From an uncultured Spirochaetota bacterium (lineage in GTDB: Bacteria > Spirochaetota > Spirochaetia > JAFGXN01): a DNA stretch of 64,000 nucleotides. Position 1 is the first letter of the stretch. Each line of letters starts with the position of its first letter. The notes under the pieces are model-generated. The model ran no database searches, was not told the origin of the DNA, and saw only the letters and a program-made list of their open reading frames with translations. This document shows positions 28,401 to 35,876 of the stretch, in pieces. Made by a program: the position numbers and the translations under genes. The stretch covers positions 175,329-239,328 of the forward strand of contig CALXOJ010000003.1 of assembly GCA_944390005.1 (NCBI GenBank). The letters run 5' to 3'.

Positions 28401-28666
28401 ACCTGAAAAGTCCTTCGTCGGGATATAAAGTCAGAATTTACAAAGAAGAAAAAGAAGGCGGATATTTGTATAAAAACGAACTTTGGCTTGAAGATAATTC
28501 CATTGTTTTGGCTAACAAGGGAGGGACCATGTATAACGGATGGGTTGAAAAGGAATTTTCCGGGAATAACGTTTTCCGCAGAAAACTGTACGCATTAAAG
28601 GCCGGTGAAAATTTATGGGATATTTCCGCTCCTGTTTCCGTATTTTACAGCGGTCCGGTTTTTTAA
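25472..28666 (+). CDS. astacin-like (MEROPS M12A-type) zinc metallopeptidase lipoprotein with ~600-aa C-terminal extension of unknown function
   Basis: The zinc site is HEIGHNLGLMHEHQRWD (astacin pattern HExxHxxGxxHE). A Met-turn SVMHY lies 45 aa downstream. An LSELDKIFISRLYNP segment follows, as in astacins. Signal peptide ends with lipobox-like FFIGC. Sampled 60-mers run 37-45% GC against 55-65% in core genes. Confidence 0.75.
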   Translation: MIRKCFFVAGILFFIGCPASEAQYIYFVNQSGVILQKVEIQNMQNPDGNGIKYENLGVNENFSLEKMDLGFYQIIVRSEKYVGTYTVLLSEQRPSATCCLTPDFRLTHSVSDSVRFQSSSALTRLSARIDTVLEESRRACEDAKNKYAGLIAGYLPGGVRILFNGAELNTEEAVFENIEHFGEFEITYSNDIIKNEINDGFSVIYREFLNARPDPLQNMLEINGLCGASEDEEYLYFEGNAVSKLNFGAAAFIKMLCGISEIDPPTVKGYRNDVSPIWEEGYRYAFKENFSESEKNFFRERLAEWMEVIDNRSYSASQIQSEFEIPAGTHQYNLWHIGCYYLGMIYKKDRKEDDYYDSGSGLSGFPGKMPWQWITLYGKGVESKRIVLHEIGHNLGLMHEHQRWDSVNHLLDTEDSVQWTRLPGNQKTGYDINSVMHYTSIDSGRTSVHDIHGNIAANSGYLSELDKIFISRLYNPHYSGNQYQSPVPVVDRILIKDSNGKNLAIFHEENVTGESFEMSEPASLKDDVWFESDGVVADKKRIKLIEKGALELPGGNDQPTLPRKEYNRYGFSYQSGYGDKVYYVDARYTNKVDIYIRKFEWQKLSTPSPYKLYHGSEYSIMTVPLTEALNRIEIVSTTVNGYSVKYIFNIIKEEQSLESVRAQLSGETVFEKDSDELHLSRVFYLNYIYNGTPLTLSAGTKTGQTVTVNGAAQTSCSLNLEKNESRRIDIEVGSLFSEQKTTYTFYIQCLDEVAVPESVKITSGDGTVLAQESDVWKYFDNTTTVEILKSPAASTVNIDFTLKENQKIFYSSDRRDYKEMNTAFEISLPQDDSVHAFRVDYDFNGIDDSKIFYLRFQKYTFYNCRVTVRPGGAVKMEDTVITSGSRSFQCQSNRVYTVQCRGATGFRPEVPPSLTETVYDGIYRFQFSGDSSVTVDFPAVYPNRYEHSATLNPKGEEIDCRTIIEGNDLSVNGNTIYLKSPSSGYKVRIYKEEKEGGYLYKNELWLEDNSIVLANKGGTMYNGWVEKEFSGNNVFRRKLYALKAGENLWDISAPVSVFYSGPVF

Positions 28667-28688
28667 CATACAGGAAAAGGAGGCGGAA

Positions 28689-30311
28689 ATGAAAAATGCG
28701 AATCTTTTATTGATTCTGTTGACTCTTTGCGGTTGCGGTATCCGGGTGGGAACACGGGAATATCTTCGCTACACGGTAGAAACTCAAACGCCGATTTATT
28801 ACTCGTTTAACGATCATCCGGATCGGATAAAATGGAAAGAACTGCCGGCAAACGGAAGTGTCGAATTTCGGGAAACCGGAGAATTGCTGCTGAGCCGCAG
28901 TACTGACAGCAAAGATATTTTTTACACTCTTTTTCTTCCTTTTTTTAATATGAAAGCGCTTGCGGGCGCCGAGAATTTTCTCCTGTCCAGATCGTCCCCG
29001 ACTTCGCCGCAGGAATACTATTACATGGAACGCATTCTCCTGAATAACGGCTGGGCGCGTTCCTATTCCCGGGAATCCGGACTTAATATTTATCGCTACA
29101 AGCTTACGGTCGATAAAGCGATGGCCGAAGGTCCGAGGACGGATGTGGACGATATTTTTTCCGATTATGTCGAACGAATTTCCGGTGAATACAGAAATGC
29201 TGTAGAATCCTGTATTCTGGTTTATATGATGGCCGATAACGATTTGTATCAGAAAGCTGTCGACGATATCAATCGACTGGAGAGTGCGTACAGAGGTGTC
29301 GGCGATATCTTGGTTCATTTTGACGGAGCCGTCGGAACTTTGTATTCGGAAGCGGTTTTGCTGCGTATCAGACACGACAAAACTCCCGAAATAGCAAGCG
29401 ATATTGTTATCCGTTACGGAGAAGCTGACTCCTGCAGTCGGGAGCATCTGAACAGAGTGCTGCGTGAGTCCAATGCGAGGGGACTTGTTCTTTGGGCTCA
29501 CGGAAGCGGATGGCTGCCGGCACTTTTGGAGAGCGAAGAGATGCCGGTGCAGGTGAATCCAACCCTTTCCCGTTCTTTGGGTCCGGATGAAGAAGCCGGA
29601 ACAGAGCTCGATACTTCACACTTTTTTAACGCTGTCGGCGATGTCGGACTGGAGTTTATTTTGTTCGATGCCTGCCGTATGTCCGGTGTTGAAGTTGTTT
29701 CGGAAGTGAATTCTCATACCAATATGATTGCGCCTGTTTTCGATATTCCTCCCGGCAGTTTTCCGTATGAGGAGGAGGCGTTCCTGAAGGCGTTGCTGCT
29801 CTACGATTGCCAGGCGATTGTTGATAAAATTGTCGGATATAATGAACTCGGCGGACGCGAGATTTTTATGACGTGGAAAAAAACGTATCCCGGTGAATTT
29901 TTGCCAACGGTTTTTGAGAATTTCCTGAAGGGCAAAGTGGCTTCCGACGGAACCAAAATTGATCTTTCCGTTATCCGCCCTAATGTCAGACCGGTTGTTG
30001 CGGCGCAAGCCGGTAATGCGGTTCTTTTCTATGATTTTTATGATTTTGTCAGGCAACTCAACGGCGGCGCCGAGGTCGATTCCGTCCGATCCTTTTTGAA
30101 CGAAAATTTTTACATGAAGTCGACTCCGACCGTTTTAAACGGCGAAACTTCTTCTGACTACTGCGGCCTTTCCTGTTATATTCCTTATCATCTGACAGAG
30201 ACCGACAATGCGGATTTACTGCAGCTTAACAGCGATTATCTGCAGACATGGTGGGCAAGAAAATCGAAGATTCAAGAATATATTTTGCCGGTTGTCGGCG
30301 AATCGCCTTAA
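28689..30311 (+). CDS. clostripain-like (peptidase C11 family) cysteine peptidase, secreted
   Basis: A VYMMADNDL strand is followed by a His in LVLWAHGSGW and a catalytic Cys in FILFDACRMSG about 55 aa later. This order and spacing are typical of C11/CD-clan peptidases. Start placed at ATG 28689 with RBS GGAAAAGGAGG. N-terminal signal MKNANLLLILLTLCGCG. Confidence 0.6.
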   Translation: MKNANLLLILLTLCGCGIRVGTREYLRYTVETQTPIYYSFNDHPDRIKWKELPANGSVEFRETGELLLSRSTDSKDIFYTLFLPFFNMKALAGAENFLLSRSSPTSPQEYYYMERILLNNGWARSYSRESGLNIYRYKLTVDKAMAEGPRTDVDDIFSDYVERISGEYRNAVESCILVYMMADNDLYQKAVDDINRLESAYRGVGDILVHFDGAVGTLYSEAVLLRIRHDKTPEIASDIVIRYGEADSCSREHLNRVLRESNARGLVLWAHGSGWLPALLESEEMPVQVNPTLSRSLGPDEEAGTELDTSHFFNAVGDVGLEFILFDACRMSGVEVVSEVNSHTNMIAPVFDIPPGSFPYEEEAFLKALLLYDCQAIVDKIVGYNELGGREIFMTWKKTYPGEFLPTVFENFLKGKVASDGTKIDLSVIRPNVRPVVAAQAGNAVLFYDFYDFVRQLNGGAEVDSVRSFLNENFYMKSTPTVLNGETSSDYCGLSCYIPYHLTETDNADLLQLNSDYLQTWWARKSKIQEYILPVVGESP

Positions 30312-30313
30312 AT

Positions 30314-30347
30314 AAAAGCCGGCGTCCGGTATACCGTTTCGGACGCC
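30314..30347 (-). terminator. putative Rho-independent terminator downstream of the EF-G paralog
   Basis: Hairpin CGGCGTCCG...CGGACGCCG at 30320-30348 is followed on the minus strand by CTTTTATTTA. Confidence 0.4.
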
Positions 30348-30361
30348 GCGACAGTCCCGCG

Positions 30362-32452
30362 TCAGGATTCCTCTTCGTCGGCACTCATGCGCGAACGGCC
30401 TTCTTCGATAACCGTTTCAGCCTGTTTGCCGGAAATTGGACTGTAATGGGAAAAGTCGATTTCGTAAGAGCCGGTTCCCGACGTCAGCGCCTTCAGTTCG
30501 ATGGCGTAACGCTGAATTTCGCTTTGAGGCACTTCAGCGTCGATTTGGGTAATTCCGCCGCCGATTGATTCCTGCCCCTGAATGCGGGCCCGTTTGGACG
30601 ATAGATTGGAGAGGATGTCGCCGATGTACGCTTCATCGGCAAAGACGTGCATCAGCATAATCGGCTCGAGCATCACCGCAGCGCCGTTTTTCATCGCTTC
30701 GCGCAGACAACCGCGCGCGGCCAGCTTAAACGCCATTTCGGAAGAATCGACCGGATGCTCTTTTCCGTCGTAAATTGTTGCCTTCAAATCGACAATCGGA
30801 TAGCCGGCCAAAAATCCCCGTTCCATCGCCTCCAGAAGTCCCTTTTCGATTCCGGGCATATAATTTTTTCCGACGGCGCCGCCTTTGATTTCGTTGACGA
30901 ATTCGAAATTCATTCCCCGTTCCAGCGGTTCGAATCGCATGACAACGCGGGCATACTGACCGTGGCCGCCGGACTGCTTTTTGTGCGTGTATTCGGCTTC
31001 GCACGGCTTGGTAATCGCTTCCCGATAGGCGATTTTCGGAATTTTGGTTTCATAAGCGATTTTGTTTTTATCGAGAGCGTTTTCCAAAATCATATTGAGG
31101 TGCATTTCGTCCATTGCGGAAATCACCGTCTCCTTCGTTTCGGCATTGTAACGCATGGTGAAGGTTAAATCCTGCTGTCCCGCTTTTTGTAGGAATTCGT
31201 TGAGTTTGTCTTCGTCTTTTTTATCTTTTGCGGTGACGGCAACCGAATAGGTCGGATGCGGCAGCCGAAGATTGTGGTAGCGGTACGGAAAACCGGCTTC
31301 AGCCAGCGTGTGATTGGTGGCAATTCCGTCGATTTTCGACAGCGCGCCGATAGCGCCTGCTGAAAGCAGATCCATCTCAATCAGCTTTTTCCCCTGTACG
31401 TTGTAAAGTTTACCGACTTTGATTTTAGCACCGGTATTGAGATCGATCAGCTCCGCATCGGGATGGATGACACCGCTCATCATTTTGATGTAGGAGAGCT
31501 TGCCGGCGAATTTATCGAATTTGGTTTTGATGACCATCAGCGACACCGGAGCGTCGGAGGAAATGGTCAGATCAACTTTTTGTCCTTCGCCGTCGATGCC
31601 TTTTTCACCGACCGCATCGGGAGAAGGTGCGACAATTTCCAAAAAATTCAGGAACGAAGCGATTCCATTATTCAGGACGGCGCTTCCGCACATCACCGGC
31701 ACTACGCGTGTGCTGCGGATGCCGAGTTTCAGTCCCTTGCGGATGTCGTCTTCGCTTAGCGTGCCTTCGTTGAAATATTTTTCAATCAAATCATCGGCGC
31801 CTTCGGCCGCCAATTCGATCATCTGTTCGCGCATTTCGGCGACCAAATCCTTCATTTCTTCGGGAACGGGTGAAGCGACGTCTTTTTTGCTTGGATCGTG
31901 CACTAAGTACGCTTTTTCTTCTATTAAATTAACGATTCCTTTAAAATCCTTTCCGGAGCCGATAGGAATGGTTACCGGAACGAAGTTTTTTTTGAATTTG
32001 GTTCGCAGATCTTCGATGACGGCAAAGTAGTCTGCGTTATCGATGTCCATTTTATTGATGAAAACAGCGCGCGGTTTTTCTCTTTGATTGAGCCGCCGCC
32101 ACAACTTCAGTGTTTCAATCTGGACGCCGCTTTTGGCGTCGATTACGACAAGAGCCGATTCGCATGCTCTTAAACCGACAATCACTTCGCCGACAAAACC
32201 GGCGGCTCCCGGCGTATCGAGAAAATTCATTTTATGCCGGTTCCACATTAAATGTGTAAACGACGTGTAAATCGAAAAGCGATGGTTGATCTCTTCTTCG
32301 GTGAAATCACTCATCGTTTTGCCGCTTTCCACCGATTCGGCCTTTGCGATGACGTCAGCGTTGAACAGCATCTGTTCCAAAAGAGTCGTCTTTCCCGTTC
32401 CGCCGTGGCCGACAATGGCGACATTTCTCAATTCTTTGGTGGCAAATCCCAT
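30362..32452 (-). CDS. elongation factor G paralog (EF-G2-type translational GTPase)
   Basis: G1 motif AIVGHGGTGKTTL, then DTPG, NKMD, and EF-G domains II-V. The N-terminal motif resembles EF-G2 rather than canonical FusA. Start re-placed at ATG 32450-32452 (MGFATKELRNV). Confidence 0.85.
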   Translation of the reverse strand: MGFATKELRNVAIVGHGGTGKTTLLEQMLFNADVIAKAESVESGKTMSDFTEEEINHRFSIYTSFTHLMWNRHKMNFLDTPGAAGFVGEVIVGLRACESALVVIDAKSGVQIETLKLWRRLNQREKPRAVFINKMDIDNADYFAVIEDLRTKFKKNFVPVTIPIGSGKDFKGIVNLIEEKAYLVHDPSKKDVASPVPEEMKDLVAEMREQMIELAAEGADDLIEKYFNEGTLSEDDIRKGLKLGIRSTRVVPVMCGSAVLNNGIASFLNFLEIVAPSPDAVGEKGIDGEGQKVDLTISSDAPVSLMVIKTKFDKFAGKLSYIKMMSGVIHPDAELIDLNTGAKIKVGKLYNVQGKKLIEMDLLSAGAIGALSKIDGIATNHTLAEAGFPYRYHNLRLPHPTYSVAVTAKDKKDEDKLNEFLQKAGQQDLTFTMRYNAETKETVISAMDEMHLNMILENALDKNKIAYETKIPKIAYREAITKPCEAEYTHKKQSGGHGQYARVVMRFEPLERGMNFEFVNEIKGGAVGKNYMPGIEKGLLEAMERGFLAGYPIVDLKATIYDGKEHPVDSSEMAFKLAARGCLREAMKNGAAVMLEPIMLMHVFADEAYIGDILSNLSSKRARIQGQESIGGGITQIDAEVPQSEIQRYAIELKALTSGTGSYEIDFSHYSPISGKQAETVIEEGRSRMSADEEES

Positions 32453-32611
32453 ATTCCGCTCCTTTGCCGCATCGGTCTGAGCGCCCGCTGCAGCTCCACT
32501 ATTTATTTTCAGTCCGACGGAAGCAAAAGTCAAGCGATTTTTTAAAGTCGAAATCTTGATTTTTATCGGAAATTTATATATCTTTAACAAGAAGGAAGAG
32601 TAAAAGATGTG

Positions 32612-32685
32612 CAACTCAACTCAACTCAACTCAACTCAACTCAACTCAACTCAACTCAACTCAACTCAACTCAACTCAACTCAAC
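32612..32685. repeat. pentanucleotide microsatellite (CAACT)14 + CAAC in divergent intergenic region
   Basis: A perfect run of CAACT units spans 32612-32681, plus a partial unit. The listed ORF 32607-32828 (NSTQLNSTQL...) is just its translation. Confidence 0.95.
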
Positions 32686-32840
32686 ATTTTTGTATAGTTC
32701 GATTTACGGACGAAACCGTCGGCGGCAAAATCGAAGACAGTTGCGGCGCGGTATTCGGATTACATAGCGTCGTTTCTGCTCCGTTCCGTGATTGCTGTTC
32801 GGCGATGACAATCTTGAAAAGATGTTAAGAAGGAGGCGTT

Positions 32841-33248
32841 ATGCTGCGGATTTTGCTTTTGTGTTCAATTGTGGTTCTTTCTTTCATCGGTTGTGAAGAA
32901 GTAAATGTCGGGGTGAAGGCAACGCCGGAAACCGCAACTGTTTCCATAGGGGAAGAGGTGACCGTTAAGGCGGAAATCGACAATCCGATGGGACTCAACG
33001 TTTCAGTGTATCGCTGGCGTGTCACTGTTGACGGAGAGAAAAGTGTAACGGTTGTGTTGGATGGAAAAATCGATTTGCAGGATTACGGGATTGATTATCG
33101 ATTTAATGACGATCAAACCGAATTGACAGTCGCCCACTCTCAAACCGGAATTTACCGCTATGAAGTGGAAATTGCCGTTAACGGTTTTGCCCGCAATTAC
33201 GGCATTGCTGACTCTGAAGTGACGGTTGTCGGCGAACAAATCGGTTGA
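32841..33248 (+). CDS. small hypothetical lipoprotein
   Basis: Signal MLRILLLCSIVVLSFIGC with a lipobox. 135 aa with beta-rich composition. RBS AAGGAGG before the ATG. Confidence 0.5.
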   Translation: MLRILLLCSIVVLSFIGCEEVNVGVKATPETATVSIGEEVTVKAEIDNPMGLNVSVYRWRVTVDGEKSVTVVLDGKIDLQDYGIDYRFNDDQTELTVAHSQTGIYRYEVEIAVNGFARNYGIADSEVTVVGEQIG

Positions 33249-33668
33249 TTTGGTTTTACCGACAGTGGTAATTCATACTCTCTTCCGCGCGCAGTTGATT
33301 CGGAGTTAGGCGGCTCTTCTGCGAATTCTTTAGAACGCGCCGTGCAGTAAGCCGCCGGGTTTGTTGCGTTCAGTCAATTTTTTACTGTTTAAAAGAGCTT
33401 ATTGCGGTTCTCGGGGTAGTTGCGTCCGAAATCCTTTGCCGGAAGCCGATCCTGCAAGGCGTGCGCCCCTTTTTCGGATCCGCCGCCTTCAACGCAGTCT
33501 CCTGTGCCTTTTGAACCGCCCACCGCCTCATTTGTTCTATTCTTTTGCTGCCCAAAAACGCATAAAAAAAAGAAAAAGTTTTTTCAAAAAAACCTCTTTT
33601 TTGACATTAATCATGATAGAGCGTATGTAAAAACTTCGCAGCAAAAGCCCCAAATCCGCGGAGGTGTT

Positions 33669-34451
33669 ATGAAAAACTACAGCGAACTGACCCTAACCGA
33701 CGACTACCTGTTCAGCCAAGTAATGAAAGACGAAAGCGTGTGCAAGCCGTTTCTGGAAATGCTTCTGGAAATCAAAATAGCCAAAATTGAGTATTTGCAG
33801 GAACAGAAAGAGTTGAACCTCTTCCCCGACTCCAAAGGCGTAAGGCTGGACGTCTACCTTGAAGGAGACGGAAAGGTGTACAACATCGAAATGCAGGCAG
33901 GACGCGATCAATACCTCATCTGCCGAATGCGCTACTACCGGGCGGCGATCGACATCGACATGATGATGAGAGGCAGCGGGTACCGGGAACTGAAACCCGT
34001 GTATATCATATTTCTCTGCCGATTTGACCCGATAGGGAAGGGATTGGCGAGGTACACGCTGAGGAAATACTGTGAGGAGACGGGAGAAAAAATCGATGAC
34101 GGACAGACGGAAATCGTGTATAATGTGAATGCGTATGAGAGAGCGGGGCGCGGGAAGGTACGGGAGCTTCTGAGGTATTTAGCGACCGGAGAGGCGCAGG
34201 AACCGGAGGTGAAGGAGTTTGCTAAGAAGATAGCCCGTTTTAAAGAGACGCAGCAGTGGAGAAAAGGAAACATGAAATACGAGTTAGATTTACAAGACGC
34301 CCGCATTGAAGGAAAGGAAGAGGGACGCAGTGAGACACTGCTGCTGATTATTGAGAATGGAGTGAAGCAAGGGTTAACGCCCGAGCAGACGGCGGCGCTG
34401 ACGGGGTTAACGGTTGACGAGGTGGAAGCACTGCGGAAGCGGATTCGGTAA
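33669..34451 (+). CDS. Rpn-family PD-(D/E)XK nuclease / 'putative transposase' (TIGR01784-like), copy 1
   Basis: The D...E.Q core is VRLDVYLEGDGKVYNIEMQ. The C-terminal low-complexity E/G repeat tail (EGKEEGRSE) and helix ...GLTPEQTAALTGLTVDEVEAL are typical of this family. The first 214 aa are identical to copy 2. Confidence 0.75.
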   Translation: MKNYSELTLTDDYLFSQVMKDESVCKPFLEMLLEIKIAKIEYLQEQKELNLFPDSKGVRLDVYLEGDGKVYNIEMQAGRDQYLICRMRYYRAAIDIDMMMRGSGYRELKPVYIIFLCRFDPIGKGLARYTLRKYCEETGEKIDDGQTEIVYNVNAYERAGRGKVRELLRYLATGEAQEPEVKEFAKKIARFKETQQWRKGNMKYELDLQDARIEGKEEGRSETLLLIIENGVKQGLTPEQTAALTGLTVDEVEALRKRIR

Positions 34452-34577
34452 AAACGATCGATTTTCAAATAAATCCGTTCTCGAAGCTCAAACCCGCCTT
34501 TACCCGCGCCCGGTTTTCCAAAGGCGTTTCGCTGCCCTAAACGGGAACGAAAGTTGCCTCAAAAGACACAAAACACC

Positions 34578-34860
34578 GCGTTAAAGACGACAGATTCTCA
34601 AACGCAACCCACCGCAGTCGAAGCTTAAAATATTGCGTTAAAATCCACTGATTCGCCAAAGAAACTCACAGCTATCGAAGTTTACCCACTACGTTAAAAT
34701 CCACCGATTCGCCAAAGAAACCCGCCGCAGCCGAAGCTCAAAATATTGCGTTAAAGGCCTCTGATTCGCCAAAGACATCAAACATTGCGAAGTCAAAAAA
34801 TTCCCTTTAAAGGCGGCAGATTCTCAAATAAAACCACAGCGGTATTAAATAAAGACGCAA
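34578..34860. repeat. tandem array of ~5 degenerate 56-57-bp repeats downstream of Rpn copy 1
   Basis: Units start at 34578, 34635, 34691, 34748 and 34804. The consensus is roughly GCGTTAAAATCCACCGATTCGCCAAAGAAACCCACCGCAGCCGAAGCTCAAAATATT. The same family lies at 39601-39815. Confidence 0.7.
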
Positions 34861-35741
34861 ACACGATTGTCTTGGAGTCGAGCGCTGTGACGGAGGGCTC
34901 AAACACGTATACGGCAACTTTATCCGCGTTCGGATACACGAATTTACAGTTGAGTTGGGCGAATGTAGAGATCGACAAAACCGCCCCCTTACAAATTCTT
35001 GGTGTTTCGTTTGATAGGACAGCGGATGGAACCTCTGTCACCGCTAACTGGACCTTGCCGAATGGACATGACATTGCCAAAGTCGTTTTCACTGAATTGG
35101 TCGGCAATGGAAATACTTCTTCAGACAGCGTAAATGCGTCGCACGTTACAGACAAAGAAGGCGGTATCGTTGCAGAATTTTCTATAACAGGGGCAAATGA
35201 AACCAGCGGTGTTATTGATGATTTAACAGCTGACGCCCCCTATTGGTTCATGGTTCACACTGAAGACGCGGCGGGCAACAAAAGCGTGCGCGCAAGGGAT
35301 AGCGTCGCCGGAACTGTTGCGCCGGACGACAACGGCTTCATGGTGCGGTTCACTTCATCTCAACTGGATGAAGAAGCGCCTTACATAACGAATGCAACCG
35401 GTTATTTTGACGGGACGCATTACATTTTTTCATGGGATAATCCGAACGGATACGACGTTAAGATTGCCAAAAAAGGTGCAAATTTGGCACTTGGAGAGAG
35501 CGACGGCAGCTCAGAAGGCATCGTTGAATGGATCACGGATGAAACCGACAGCAACAAGAAAATCGGCGCAAAAGTCAAACTGGGTGAGGTGACAAATTCC
35601 TACAATTTCCGTTTGATGGTTTACGCGACGGATTCAGATACGGCTTCAACCAATACACCTGATACAACCAATGACTTTCAAGCGTTCTGTCTTTTCTATT
35701 TCCCGGAAAATCAGGCCAATGAGGTTACGCCTGCAAATTAA
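34785..35741 (+). pseudogene. 5'-truncated fragment of a fibronectin-type-III-like surface protein gene
   Basis: The ORF starts at a TTG inside the repeat array, and its first ~25 codons are translated repeat sequence. There is no signal peptide. The downstream part shows two FN3-like modules (e.g. DKTAPLQILGVSFDRTADGTSVTANWTLPNGHD) and ends at a strong terminator. Confidence 0.35.
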
Positions 35742-35746
35742 CCATT

Positions 35747-35773
35747 GGCGTCCCTGCGGGGACGCTTTTTTTT
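35747..35773 (+). terminator. Rho-independent terminator
   Basis: Stem-loop GGCGTCCC-TGCG-GGGACGC followed by T8. Confidence 0.7.
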
Positions 35774-35810
35774 CTTTTGTCCCTCTTTTCAAAAAAAAAT
35801 AAAAAAAAAG

Positions 35811-35839
35811 TTGACAAATAGAGGGGGGGGGGGACAATA
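35811..35839 (+). promoter_or_regulatory. putative promoter of the sulfatase gene with the G11 tract in the spacer
   Basis: TTGACA at 35811-35816. A 17-nt spacer (35817-35833) ends in the G11 run. A weak -10-like ACAATA lies at 35834-35839. A9-T-A9 AT-tracts sit upstream (35781-35799). Confidence 0.4.
35823..35833. repeat. homopolymeric G11 tract
   Basis: Eleven consecutive G at 35823-35833, the only long poly-G in the window. Confidence 0.95.
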
Positions 35840-35876
35840 ATAGTAAATAGAAAAAAATTTTAAAAGAGGTATAATT

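Larger units (their letters stand above)
33455..34860 (+). mobile_element. Rpn/TIGR01784-family element, copy 1 (both ends truncated: lacks the GC-rich left end and right inverted repeat seen in copy 2)
   Basis: Nearly identical to 38435-39815: the promoter-like upstream region, the Rpn gene and the downstream 56-57-bp repeat array. There is no GGGCGCGTGCGCGCC terminus on either side. Confidence 0.5.

Noticed and set aside
32607-32828. ORF encoding MC(NSTQL)5...
   Set aside because: It is simply the translation of the CAACT microsatellite. It has no RBS and lies in a divergent promoter region.
33935-34468. 177-aa antisense ORF inside Rpn copy 1 (and 38910-39290 in copy 2)
   Set aside because: It is present in both copies only because the copies are identical. 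It is Ser/Cys-rich nonsense-like sequence opposite a gene with clear family motifs.
34578-34860. Repeat arrays considered as a possible CRISPR array
   Set aside because: Units are directly contiguous with no unique spacers, are degenerate, are only 4-5 copies, and no cas genes are nearby.
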